A stretch of 64,000 nt of DNA, taken from the NCBI GenBank assembly GCA_024278935.1, contig JAJRSF010000051.1, positions 1,963 through 65,962 of the forward strand, written 5' to 3'. Made by a program: the position numbers and the translations under genes. A model generated the notes under the pieces. It saw nothing but the letters and a program-made list of their open reading frames with translations, was not told the DNA's origin and ran no database searches. Shown here one piece after another: positions 51,298-62,465 of the stretch. Each line of letters opens with the position of its first letter. Position 1 is the stretch's first letter. Source of the stretch: Candidatus Zixiibacteriota bacterium (GTDB lineage Bacteria > Zixibacteria > MSB-5A5 > GN15 > FEB-12).

Positions 51298-54200
51298 GTG
51301 ATTAATAAACTAACGAACTGTTTTAGAAATAATTTCAATGCGACATCTTTACTTTCTTCTCTCTGTCTTTTAATTGTATCTCTCATATTAGTTTCTGACA
51401 TTGCTGTAGCAGGCAACAGATTATACAACGGAGGAACAAGCACTTTTATTAACCCTACCATACGACGTATTATTCATACCGATTTCAATAAAGACGGTAA
51501 CTTGGATATGGTAGTGGTTACAATACCAGCCTTTGTTTATTTATACTTAGGAAACGGCGACGGTACTTATACAAACGCCGCTCAACGCAATGTTGGAGGT
51601 CAAGAATCTGCTATTACCGTTGGAGATGTAAACAATGACGGATACGTTGATATTATCCAAGGAACATTAGGTGCTAGTAGTACTGGCTGGGTGAATATTA
51701 TAATCAACGATCAAGCAGGTGGATTTCTTCAGAGTTACCGAGTACCTACTGCTGGACTTGTTATCGGTGTTGAGGTTGTAGACTTCGACAATCAACATGG
51801 GCTCGATATAGCTTACAGCATGTCGGGTACTGCTGGCGTTGGTGTTATTTTAAGTACAGGACTAGGTGATTCACTCACTGAAGCAAGCATTGTAGATGCT
51901 CCCCTTCCTTATGCCGGTCTGAGTTCAAGCAGTGGCATTACAGCAATTCAAGATGGATTGTCTGTTGCTGATGTTGACGGAATCAACGGCATAGATCTGA
52001 TTTCGATGGCAGTGACCTCAACTACTGGATACGCTGTTATTTGGCATAACAATGGTGACGGAACTTTCTCCACGACACCAGACACTATTGCTCTTGCTGG
52101 AAAATCAATTATTGTCATACCTGAAGATTTTGACCAAGATGGATTTGTTGATTTTTTAGCGACAGATTTTAATGGAAATGCATCAATACATTTGAATAAT
52201 AATCATAATGGTTTTCATCCCTTAATTGATATTAGAGGTGATTTAAATAACCAAGGCATAAGAGAGCTACATGTTGCTGATGTAAATTTTGATACGTATC
52301 CTGATATTATTTTCCCAACAATAGAATCTCTATCAGATTACAGAACAGATGTTTTTCTCAATGATGGAACCGGTCGGTTCGGCAATGAATCTTCATACTA
52401 TGTTGGAGGTCAGTGGATGGCGATAGGCGACCTGAATAACGATGGTTTATACGACATTACAGGTGTCACTACCTTTGCCAACTCTGTGCAAGTTTCACTT
52501 GGAGATGCACCCGGTTCATTTTTCCAACCCGGCGTTCCTATTAAAGCAACCGCTACAGCATTATCTACAGGTGATTTTAATAATGATGGTAGAGTTGACA
52601 TTGTTTCATCACATAATCGGTTTTATTTTATTATTATGCAAAACCTAGATGGTTCTTTTACTGGAACAGAGATTTTTGGTACAGGTTCATATAGGCTGAA
52701 TCAAATTAAAGTTGTTGATCTAAACAATGATAATAATAGGGATATTGTCGGTTCTTCAAGCCTCGGAAGAAGATTTGTAAATTTAGGAAATGGCGATGGT
52801 ACCTTTGGAGCCTTTACAGAATACGTTACCCCACAAACTGAATTTCCAGAAGACAATTTACTTCTCGCTGATTTTACCAATGATGGATATATCGACATGA
52901 TTACAGACAAAGGTGGTGTTGCTGTTTTATATGTGAATAATCAGGATGGTTCTTTTGCCGCTTCTGTTTCATTAGGTATTATATCTACTCCGATAAATTA
53001 TGGTGATATTAACAATGACAGTATTCCCGATTTAATCTATACAATTGGTGATACTACATTTGTAAAATTCAACGATGGTACTGGTAACTTTCCTAGTGTT
53101 GATTTACAACTTGATGGAACAGGTTTTCCATATATAACTGATTATAATAATGATAATTTACAAGACATTCTTGTTTCAACACATTTGCATTTGAACAATG
53201 GTGACTCTACCTTTACAAGCTCATCAACTTTTGGTATATCTTATTCTAACGCAGTTGGGATGCAAGACTTGGATGCTGACGGTGATAACGATTTTATCAT
53301 TAGCTCAACATCGGGTTCATTTTCTACTGCTATAAATGATGGTTCTAATTCATTTGCAACGGAAAGATATATTATGTATCGCACTCTGCAACATAGCACC
53401 GCTGCCGACATGAATAACGACGGGCTTTTGGATGTTGTTACTGGATATGGAAAACCAAATATCAATAATAATTTCTCTGAAGAGCTGATGTTTATTGCTT
53501 ACAATAACGGCAATGGTGCCTTTGCCGATACATGTATTTCATTGTTTGATTACGATTCTGATGGATACAATGATGACTGTGATAACTGTCCTACGATTGC
53601 AAACCCATCGCAAGAAGATGGCAACCTTGATGGCGTTGGTGATAGCTGTAGCTTTAGTGGGAATACCGCAATTGGTGGCGATGTAGATATTACTTTAGGA
53701 GATGTAGCTATATCATTTGATTCAGTTACAGCAGGTGGCACAACCGTTGTGAATGTTACAACAAGCGGTCCCGATGCTCCACTTGGCGTAACGCTAATTC
53801 CGTTTTCTCCAAGTAGTTATTATAATATAACTACAACCGCTTCTCACACCGATTCAATTACGGTTTGCATTTTCTACGATACTACCGGATTAAGTGCTAT
53901 CCAAGAAGAGAAATTATCCATCAATCATTTTAATGGCTCATTCTGGGAAGATATAACTGCCGCGAAAGATACGGTGAGTAACATAATCTGTGGACGTACT
54001 ACAACTCTCTCTCCATTTGCTATTGGGGTGACAAAAACCCCTACTGACATTGAAGAGATTGTCGGGCGTTTGCTTCCTACTTCTATAACCTTAGCAGACA
54101 ACTATCCGAACCCGTTTAACCCATCAACGACGATTGAATTTTCTGTGCCAACCAATAGCTTTGTAACTCTTAAAGTTTACAATGTTCTCGGTCAGGAAGT

Positions 54201-54357
54201 GAAAACACTTGTGAATCAAGATATTCCTGCCGGTTCTTTCTCTACTGTTTGGGATAGTGACAATAACTCTGGAAGACAAGTTTCATCGGGTGTTTATTTT
54301 TACAAACTCACTGTTGGTGAAAATGTCATTAGTAAAAAGATGATGCTACTCAAATAA
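51298..54357 (+). CDS. Secreted FG-GAP/VCBS-repeat protein with TSP3 motif and C-terminal FlgD/T9SS-like domain
   Basis: Many DFNxDGxxD / GNGDGTF repeats; DNCPTIANPSQED; NYPNPFNPST...SSGVYFYKL..KKMMLLK. Confidence 0.88.
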   Translation: MINKLTNCFRNNFNATSLLSSLCLLIVSLILVSDIAVAGNRLYNGGTSTFINPTIRRIIHTDFNKDGNLDMVVVTIPAFVYLYLGNGDGTYTNAAQRNVGGQESAITVGDVNNDGYVDIIQGTLGASSTGWVNIIINDQAGGFLQSYRVPTAGLVIGVEVVDFDNQHGLDIAYSMSGTAGVGVILSTGLGDSLTEASIVDAPLPYAGLSSSSGITAIQDGLSVADVDGINGIDLISMAVTSTTGYAVIWHNNGDGTFSTTPDTIALAGKSIIVIPEDFDQDGFVDFLATDFNGNASIHLNNNHNGFHPLIDIRGDLNNQGIRELHVADVNFDTYPDIIFPTIESLSDYRTDVFLNDGTGRFGNESSYYVGGQWMAIGDLNNDGLYDITGVTTFANSVQVSLGDAPGSFFQPGVPIKATATALSTGDFNNDGRVDIVSSHNRFYFIIMQNLDGSFTGTEIFGTGSYRLNQIKVVDLNNDNNRDIVGSSSLGRRFVNLGNGDGTFGAFTEYVTPQTEFPEDNLLLADFTNDGYIDMITDKGGVAVLYVNNQDGSFAASVSLGIISTPINYGDINNDSIPDLIYTIGDTTFVKFNDGTGNFPSVDLQLDGTGFPYITDYNNDNLQDILVSTHLHLNNGDSTFTSSSTFGISYSNAVGMQDLDADGDNDFIISSTSGSFSTAINDGSNSFATERYIMYRTLQHSTAADMNNDGLLDVVTGYGKPNINNNFSEELMFIAYNNGNGAFADTCISLFDYDSDGYNDDCDNCPTIANPSQEDGNLDGVGDSCSFSGNTAIGGDVDITLGDVAISFDSVTAGGTTVVNVTTSGPDAPLGVTLIPFSPSSYYNITTTASHTDSITVCIFYDTTGLSAIQEEKLSINHFNGSFWEDITAAKDTVSNIICGRTTTLSPFAIGVTKTPTDIEEIVGRLLPTSITLADNYPNPFNPSTTIEFSVPTNSFVTLKVYNVLGQEVKTLVNQDIPAGSFSTVWDSDNNSGRQVSSGVYFYKLTVGENVISKKMMLLK

Positions 54358-54395
54358 AAATATTATAAATATTATAAATATTATAAATATTATAA
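54358..54395 (+). repeat. Tandem repeat (AAATATTAT)x4
   Basis: Read directly after the FG-GAP stop codon. Confidence 0.9.
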
Positions 54396-54398
54396 CTT

Positions 54399-54434
54399 AA
54401 AAAGAGCAGGTACAAACGACCTGCTCTTTTTTTT
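54399..54434. terminator. Bidirectional terminator
   Basis: AAAAGAGCAGGT...ACCTGCTCTTTTTTTT. Confidence 0.85.
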
Positions 54435-54456
54435 ATATAAGTTTGATATTTAATTT

Positions 54457-54879
54457 CTATGAATCAACAATGTCATAGTCATTTCTTTTTTTAGGATCAT
54501 CAGAATAATATTGTATAAATTCCCAGTCATTACCTTCGGGATCATAAAAATAAATTCGTTTACGATAAGGATGTTTATTGGGAACTGTCGATTCTCGATA
54601 GCCTGCCTTAAGTAGTCGTTCTCGAATAGAATCAACATCGTCTACTTCATAGGCAAGATGATTGATACCCGGCACACCGGAATATGGAACCCATGTTGTA
54701 TCTCTCTCAGCACTTGCTTCTTGTAAAGCTATATATGTTTTATCGGTTCCTATATGCACCCACCGACGACCTTTACTATTTCCGTCATGTCTAATTATAA
54801 ATTCAGGGAAAGTCGTTTTCAAAAATCCGATCATCCGATCAATATCAGTCACACATATATTAGCATGTTCAAGTTTCAT
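54457..54879 (-). CDS. VOC/glyoxalase-family protein, copy 1
   Basis: LEHANI, INHLAYEVDD, YFYDPEGNDWEF. Confidence 0.88.
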   Translation of the reverse strand: MKLEHANICVTDIDRMIGFLKTTFPEFIIRHDGNSKGRRWVHIGTDKTYIALQEASAERDTTWVPYSGVPGINHLAYEVDDVDSIRERLLKAGYRESTVPNKHPYRKRIYFYDPEGNDWEFIQYYSDDPKKRNDYDIVDS

Positions 54880-55085
54880 CGTATTTATATCTCCTTACTT
54901 GCTTAAAATCACAATTTTCTTTCATCTTATAACCTTAAGAACACAATTTCGGACATAAAGTTTCCTAAGAAAAATATATTATTTTAAGATGTATAATATT
55001 TTTATAGAGAAGCAAAAAAGAATAATAAAATGTCATAAGTAAAAAGATGATGTTACTCAAATAATAAAATAGCTTTATGAAGCAT

Positions 55086-55130
55086 AATAAAAACGGTGAG
55101 TATCAATTCAGATTACTCACCGTTTTTATT
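55086..55130. terminator. Bidirectional terminator
   Basis: AATAAAAACGGTGAGTA...TACTCACCGTTTTTATT. Confidence 0.8.
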
Positions 55131-55149
55131 GTAAAGAATTCTAATATTA

Positions 55150-56016
55150 CTATTTAGTGCCGACTGCTACAACAAGTTCGCAGGGACCTTCAAAAGATCC
55201 ATTTGTCTGGAACTGTCCAAGCTCCTGTTCAATCTCAGCCCATGTTTCTTCTTTTTCCGACTCTGACAATCCTGCTAACATTTGGTGTAAAGCCCCAAAT
55301 GATTCTTTTTCAAAATCCAAACATTCTTTGACCGACTTCACCCGCACCGGCGCATCGATTACTTTGACTTCAATATTTTTGAGTCCACCTTTAGCAAAAA
55401 CTTCTTCTAAAACTCCTGCCCCACCAAGTGAGAATGGACCCGGTTGTTGCGGAAGTGGTGCCGGTAAATTTGCTCTTCGTCTGATAATCGAAACAGGAAT
55501 TGAAAAGAAACCATTTTTATCACCGGTAGAATATACCATCGCAGCAATTTTGCCACCCTCTTTTACAGAATGTATCATCCCCTCAAGTGCTTTTTGCTGA
55601 TCAGGAAAATAAATAAAACCAACACGAGAAATAACAGCATCAAAGGAACCTGCCTCAAGCTCGGTCAATTTTTCTCCATCAAGTTCTTGAGTCATCACAT
55701 TGCTTAGACCGGCACGCTTAGCAGACTGTGAAGCATAGTCTAAAATTGTCGGGGAAAGGTCGGTTGCCAATACCGAGCCGGTTTCTCCAACACGTTTTGC
55801 AACCGCAATTGTTTGTTCACCAGCACCCGCGGCAACATCGAGTACTCGGTGACCAGTAGTAATGCTTGCCATATCAAACATTGTTTCGGTGGCAGGTCCG
55901 AGCCATGTGTTCAGCAAACCGCCCCACTTGTGCCACGCTTCCGCAGCCGTCTCCCATTGCTCTCTTGTAGTTGTCTTATATTTTAGAGGGTCAAATACTT
56001 TTTTTGTCTCAGACAT
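55150..56016 (-). CDS. Class I SAM-dependent methyltransferase (UbiE-like)
   Basis: VLDVAAGAG motif I, FDAVISR, PGPFSLG. Confidence 0.85.
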   Translation of the reverse strand: MSETKKVFDPLKYKTTTREQWETAAEAWHKWGGLLNTWLGPATETMFDMASITTGHRVLDVAAGAGEQTIAVAKRVGETGSVLATDLSPTILDYASQSAKRAGLSNVMTQELDGEKLTELEAGSFDAVISRVGFIYFPDQQKALEGMIHSVKEGGKIAAMVYSTGDKNGFFSIPVSIIRRRANLPAPLPQQPGPFSLGGAGVLEEVFAKGGLKNIEVKVIDAPVRVKSVKECLDFEKESFGALHQMLAGLSESEKEETWAEIEQELGQFQTNGSFEGPCELVVAVGTK

Positions 56017-56170
56017 ACAACTTTCCCTTACTTGATAGATTTTTCATATTTATTATGTAGATAATATAGGTACTTGTAATCTATTATAAAAGAGTTATTT
56101 AGCAAAATATATATATTGTAACATATCAATATTTAGTTATATACTTTATAGAAATGAGAGGAGATTACAA

Positions 56171-56604
56171 ATGTACAATGTTGTTACAGGAACTGAACAT
56201 TTCACCAAAGAAGCAATACTGGAATTATATAAAAGTGTCCGTTGGACTGCATATACAGACAACCCAGAACAGCTAATGACCACAATTGAAAATTCAACTT
56301 ATGTTGTTTCGATTTCTGAAAGTGATAAAATACTTGGGCTGGTACGATCTATCTCGGATGATATTTCAATACACTATCTGCAAGATATTTTAGTTCATCC
56401 TGATTTTCAAAAAAAGGTATCGGTCGAGCACTACTTGAAAGTTGTCTCAAACGTTTCAATCATGTGCGAACTCATATGATATTAACAGACGATGAAGAAC
56501 GTCAACGTAAATTTTATGAATCTCTCAGCTACAAAAGCACAAAGAAACTCAAGAAGATTCCATTAAATTGTTTTGTTAAAATGAAAGACATTTTTCTTGA
56601 GTAA
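56171..56604 (+). CDS. GNAT acetyltransferase (about 144 aa; one-base frameshift in A7 run 56409-56415)
   Basis: YLQDILVHPDFQ; adding one A gives KKGIGRALL...FYESLSY, stop at 56604. Confidence 0.8.
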
Positions 56605-56616
56605 ATAAATTAAATT

Positions 56617-57038
56617 CTAAGAATCAGCAATTTCATAGCCGTTTCTTTTTTGAGGATCATCAGAATAATACTGAATAAATTCCCAGTCATTGCCTTCGGG
56701 ATCATAGAAATAAATTCTTTTGCGATACGGATGTTTATTGGGAACGGTCGATTCTCTATATCCGGCATCAAGCAGTCGCTTTCGAATCGCATCAACATCG
56801 TCTACTTCATAAGCTAGATGATTCACTCCCGGTGCACCGGAATATGGAACCCATGCTGTATCTTTTTCTAAGGTTGCATCCTGTAATGCTATATAGGTTT
56901 CATCGGTCCCTACATGAACCCAACGATGTCCTTGTTTTATTCCGTCGTATCTTATTTTGAATTCTGGAAATGTCGTTTTAAAAATCCAATCATTTCATCA
57001 ATATTTGTCACACATATGTTAGCATGTTCAAGTTTCAT
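56617..57038 (-). CDS. VOC/glyoxalase-family protein, copy 2 (one-base frameshift at 56976-56979)
   Basis: Colinear with 54457-54879; adding one A restores a 140-aa paralogue. Confidence 0.8.
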
Positions 57039-57253
57039 CATTTTTATATTCTCCTTAACTATCAATTTGATACATAGAGCATTCTTATTTTTTAGAACAC
57101 AATGCGGAAAATAAAGTTTCATAAGATTAAAAACATTATCTTATTACAATAACTGGAGGGAAAAGTAGAAAATAAGAATTACAACTATTTGCTCGGCAAT
57201 AAAAAAACAGACCATATAGGAATCGCAGGTTGCAATCTGTTCAAGCCCCGAGA

Positions 57254-57733
57254 TTACTGGTTAAGAATTTTATTATTTTTATTAACAAATTCTAAAGCAT
57301 AATTTTCAGATTTAAACTCATAAACTATACTGTCTTTATAGGCAGTAAGTTCAAAATATGCTGGAAAGACTAACTGCCAAATAAAAAGAGGAATCAAAGT
57401 TATCAGAATTACACCAGCAAAAATCCATTTTTTATACCAAGCAGAAATTTCACCAAACATATAGATAGATAAAAACATACCTATTGACATAAGGATAATT
57501 CCAGCAATAAACCGACCCCATTTTGGAAAGCGAAATTTATGCTTACAAAATTTACAAATCGGCACATTAGCTGAAAAAAAATTTCCAAATTTTAATAAAA
57601 ATGAATGAAGCCCTATTGTATGAGTTGTTACTTTTAAAAAATCATCTGGATTTAGATTCTCACAGTATATACATATTTTAGGAAAGACAACATTCTCAGA
57701 TTTTGAAATTTCAACAACAAAACTGTTGGCCAT
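57254..57733 (-). CDS. Hypothetical membrane protein with two CxxC motifs
   Basis: AGGAG RBS before ATG 57733; CIYC and CKFC, two TM helices. Confidence 0.6.
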   Translation of the reverse strand: MANSFVVEISKSENVVFPKICIYCENLNPDDFLKVTTHTIGLHSFLLKFGNFFSANVPICKFCKHKFRFPKWGRFIAGIILMSIGMFLSIYMFGEISAWYKKWIFAGVILITLIPLFIWQLVFPAYFELTAYKDSIVYEFKSENYALEFVNKNNKILNQ

Positions 57734-57774
57734 AATCACTCCTATTTATTTATGTAGTTGCGAATATAAAAAAA

Positions 57775-57847
57775 TACACCATATAGGAATCGAACCTATG
57801 ACCCACTGATTAAGAGTCAGTTGCTCTACCAACTGAGCTAATGGTGC
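57775..57847 (-). tRNA. tRNA-Lys (anticodon CTT), CCA not encoded
   Basis: GCACCATTAGCTCAGTTGGTAGAGCAACTGACTCTTAATCAGTGGGTCATAGGTTCGATTCCTATATGGTGTA folds as a canonical cloverleaf. Confidence 0.96.
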
Positions 57848-57962
57848 ATTTAAAAGGTACACCATCTTAACACGATTTAATCGTAAACACAATAGATTAG
57901 TAGATTATTTTGCTAAATAATTCACACCAAGAGTAGTAATGAGCAGTAAGCTATGAGATTAT

Positions 57963-60900
57963 TTACATAGCTACTGTTGTAGATTTTTCTTTTTTATCAA
58001 GTTCAGTTCTAATAGCTCTGGCAATCAAAGACTTCGTAAATGGTTTTCTCAAAAATGTTCCGACTCCCATTTTCTGTGCTTCAAAGACTCGGTCTGATTC
58101 GGAAAAACCTGAAACAATAATAGCTTTCTGATTCGGATTGATATCTAAAACTCTTTTATAAGTTTCGGTTCCATCAATACCGGGTAACATCACCATATCA
58201 AGCACAAGAATATCCTGCGGATTTTCTTTAAGAAACTCCAAAGCTTTTGCACCACTTTCAACAGAGCTTACTCTATATCCTAATTTGTTTAAAAGTCGTG
58301 ATGATACTTGGCGTTGGACATCATCGTCATCAACAATCAAAACCTTTTCAGAACCTACTTGTACTTCTATAGTTTTGCTTTCACCATGTTCATCTCTGGT
58401 TATCGGGAAATAAAGATAAAACGATGTTCCCGTACCAATTTTGCTGGACATATCAAGGTATCCGCTATGATCTTTCATCACCGCATCAACAACACTCAAA
58501 CCAAGCCCGGAGCCGGATTTTTTATCTGCTGATTTAGTCGAGAAAAATGGATCTAGAATTTTTTCTTTTATATCATCCGGAATACCACAACCGCTGTCAG
58601 CAACAGTTAGCTTAATATATTCACCCTTAGGCACCCGACCAAAAGAAATCGATGTATCATCGACATAATAGTTTTCTGTTTTGATACTTATATTACCGAT
58701 ATCATCCATTGCATCTTGAGCATTCACTAAAAGATTTGTAAGCATACGATGGATCTGTGCCGAACCACCTTTTATATTCATAATATCTTCGCATAGTTCG
58801 GTTTCACAAGTCACGGTTTTTGTCCGCGATTCCATTTCATTCACCGCATGTAAAACGATTTTATTAATATTAATTACATCTTGATTGTAATGACCTCTTC
58901 GTCCCATAGTGAGAAGGTCTTGATTTATTTCAGCAATTTTCTTGGCGGCATCTTCAATCGTATCAAGATAAACTTGTGCTTTATGATCATGTGGAAGTTC
59001 GTCACGTATGAATTCAGGATATGCCATTATCGGGGCAAGAAGATTATTAAAATCATGAGCAACTTGTCCGGCGATAGTACCTGCCATTTCAAGACGTCCG
59101 GCTCTTGATTCTAATTCTTGCAGACGTTTCGTTTCTGTAATATCATTTTTAGCAGCAACATAGTTATGATTTCTCCATGACTGTCAAAGACAGGAGATAT
59201 AGTTACATTTTCAGTATAGAAAGAACCATCCTTTTTCTTGTTAATGATTTCTCCCTGCCACTGTTTTCCATTTGATAGCGTTGCCCACATTTTTTTATAA
59301 AAATTATCTGATTGCTGACCACTTTTTAAAACTCTTGGGTTCTCGCCAATAGCATCATCTTTTGAATAACCGGAGGCTTTTTCAAATGCTGGATTAACGT
59401 ATTGTATTGTCCCTAAAGAATCTGTAATAACAATAGTTTCGTCAGCCTGTTCAATTGCCCTTGTCAGTAAAGCGTTCGTTTCTTCTGTTTCTTTACGAAG
59501 CGTTATATCTTGTACAATTCCCTGATAGTGAGTAATAGTTCCAGCAGCATCTCGTACAATACTTGTTAAATCGTCAATCCACTTAACTTCATTATCTTTT
59601 GTAATGATACGATATGGCAGATGAGTGAAATCATTAATTTTAGAATCTGCTGAGTTTTGAATAACTTCCTCAAGGACTCTGTCTAAATCTTCAGGATGAA
59701 TTAGTTTTGAGTATGATACTTCACCGGACATAAAATCGTCGACAGTATATCCACAAAGTTCTTTTATATTTTCTGAAACTAATTCTACCGGCCAGTTTTC
59801 TTCATTTCTCCAAAGGAAAGCTACCGCAGGACTTCTATTGATAATATCATAATATTTTTGTAGTAAAATTTCAAACTTCTTACGTTTGGTAATATCTTCT
59901 CCTGAGGATAGATGTCCTATGGTATTGCCTTTATAATCTTGTAGAATAGTGTTGTGCCATGCGACCATGCGTACTGCACCGGATTTTGTAATAACAGTAT
60001 TCTCCATGTAGTCTGTAGGTAGGGTTTTATTTTTTAGAAGTTTATCTGAGTAAGTTTTTATCACCGTTATTTCCTGCTTTGGCAGAAAATTATCAAACCA
60101 GTTTTTCCCAACTATTTCATCCTCAGTACACTCTAAGACTTCACAAGTTTTTTGGTTCACCAGAGTCACAATTCCATCGTTATCAATTGCAACAAACATT
60201 ACATTGGCGGTTTCAAGATACGTCTGGGCACGTTCTTGTTCTTTTTTCAGGTTGTTCTCAATTTTTTTGCGTTCTGTTATATCTCTTATCGTGCCTAATA
60301 CAAGTTCTTCGCCATCAACAGTAATAATGTTGCCAATAATTTCTGTTAAGTATTCGGTTTTATCTTTTCTCTGCAAATTTACCTGAATCGGAATACCTAT
60401 TTTCTTTTCTTTACTCTCTCTAAAACTTTCATGACTCTGATTCTCAGCTTTCATATCAAAAACTGTCTTTTGCAAAAGTTCCTCGTTAGTGTACCCGGAC
60501 ATTTTACAAAAAGCCGGATTTACAAAAACGTAGTTCCCATCTAAATCTGCAACAGTAATACCTTCTGTCGTTTGATTGGTAAATGCTTTGAATCTCTCTT
60601 CACTTGTTATTAGCGACAATTCGGCGTTCTTACGCTCAGTGATATCAGTACATATTTTGGCTATTGCGATAATCTCATCATCACGATATATCGGATAAAT
60701 TTTTTACATGAACCATGTGTCTACCCCTTGCCAATTCAATAAAGCTTCCAACTGACTTTCTTTACCGGTCTTAATAACTTTTTTAATATGGTAAAGAATA
60801 ATTTCAGCTGAATCTTTTTGTAGAAGTTCATCAGGCATTTTACCTATGATATCTTGTGGATTGATTGCATATTTTGCAGGTCCGCTATAATAGGTATACA

Positions 60901-61999
60901 TTCCAGTCAAATCATGTAAAGTGATCATATCATTTGAGTTTTCAATCAAAAGTTTAAATTTTGCTTCACTCTCTTTTAAAGCATATTCTGATTTTTTTCG
61001 TTCAGTAATATCATCTATAATACAAATTGTGCGGATGAAATCCCCATTGTTATCGGTTATAGGTGATGAACTAATATTTACATCTATAACGTTGCCGTTT
61101 TTGCAAATCATCTTATATTCACAACTAACTGTGCGACCATCTAATATGAGATTTTTAATAGTTGACTGAGCTACTTCATGGAAATCCGGATGGATAATTA
61201 AACTCATATTATGTCCTATGATTTCATCGGACGTATATCCAAGTACTTTTTTTATACTCTTATTACAATCAACAAAAGTTCCCTTTGCATCAACCGATAT
61301 AATCAGGTAAGAAGCTGTTTCAAAAGTTAATCTATATATCTCTTCACTGTTTTGCAGAGCTTTTTCAGCTTGATTACGTTTGGTTATATCACGGTTATTC
61401 CCGCGACGACCAATAAAGACACCATCATCATCAAAAACTGAAAGACACGAATGTTCAATCCAACATAAGTCCCCATTTTTTTTGGTAAGTGAAAAAACAG
61501 TTGAATGAGCCGGAGCAATTTCGTTGTTTGAATGGTCATAATGATCCGCAATTATGTCAGCATATTCAGGGCTTATAATTTCAAACAGTAATTCTGAGTT
61601 GGATAAAAATTCACTTTGAGAGTAACCTGTTATTTTTTCACAAGATGATGATAAATAAATATATTTCCCATCAGTATCTATAAGGTATTCCCAATCATTT
61701 GTATGATCGGCAAAGAGGCGGAACTTCGTTTCACTCTCTATTTTTGCTTTAAGAGATTTTTGTATAGGACGAAATAGGAAAAAATATAAAATCGGAATAA
61801 CACAGACAACTATAAGAAAAGAGTCTATTAAAATAGTTGTTAAAATATCAAGATGAGGTAAATATGACAGCATGACCATGATTAATGCTTCTGCCACAAA
61901 AACACATACTGTTGTCAATAACATAAGCCGAATTGGCGTGTTATTCTTTATTTTTTCTTTATTCATCATTTTTTGGTAATCCCTTTTGTACTTTGTCAA
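57963..61999 (-). CDS. Membrane-anchored multi-PAS hybrid histidine kinase (about 1345 aa; in-frame TAA at 60704-60706, one-base frameshift near 59164)
   Basis: 2 TM, about 7 PAS/PAC units (DITxRK), AHDFNN HisKA, GSGLGL HATPase, REC; three ORF-track pieces join by reading through the TAA (WFM*KIYP) and adding one A ([12 protein letters not shown]). Confidence 0.85.
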
Positions 62000-62465
62000 A
62001 CTAGATGCTCCCCCTTACCTAATAAACGCTCACTAACTAACGCCTTATAGAAGAACTCTTTATCTATAATATGTCGGCAGAGCAGAAAAAAACATTATAA
62101 TAAAACATAGTTGAAACTTCACAAATTGATGCAATTAGGTAACTTTGGTCACTCGTTTTAATTGCATGTCAGAAATGATGGGTGGTAATACAAAAGCTCC
62201 TGTGATTCGGCTTGAACCAACAATAGACATATTTATATTCTTGTGGGATTCTGCATAACAACCCACGAAGTGGGTTGCAATAAAAAGCTCCCTTTCCTAA
62301 ACGATTATAGAACGTACATTTCCACGCCAAATGATGATTTGGTCAAGAAATTAAATCATTATTTTAAAAAACCACTTTAATATCCAGCGATCTAAATCAA
62401 ATGACAGAGAAATATATAATTATTTCAAAATTGACAATAGTTTCAATAAACTTTAAGTTTAAAAT

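Noticed and set aside
54358-54395. AAATATTAT repeats as a CRISPR array
   Set aside because: 9-bp unit with no spacers; simple tandem repeat. No CRISPR array or cas gene seen anywhere in the window
21613-60706. Stop-codon reassignment (TAA read as sense) suggested by two in-frame TAA codons
   Set aside because: TAA terminates most conserved genes here at their expected ends; two isolated cases fit point errors or nonsense mutations
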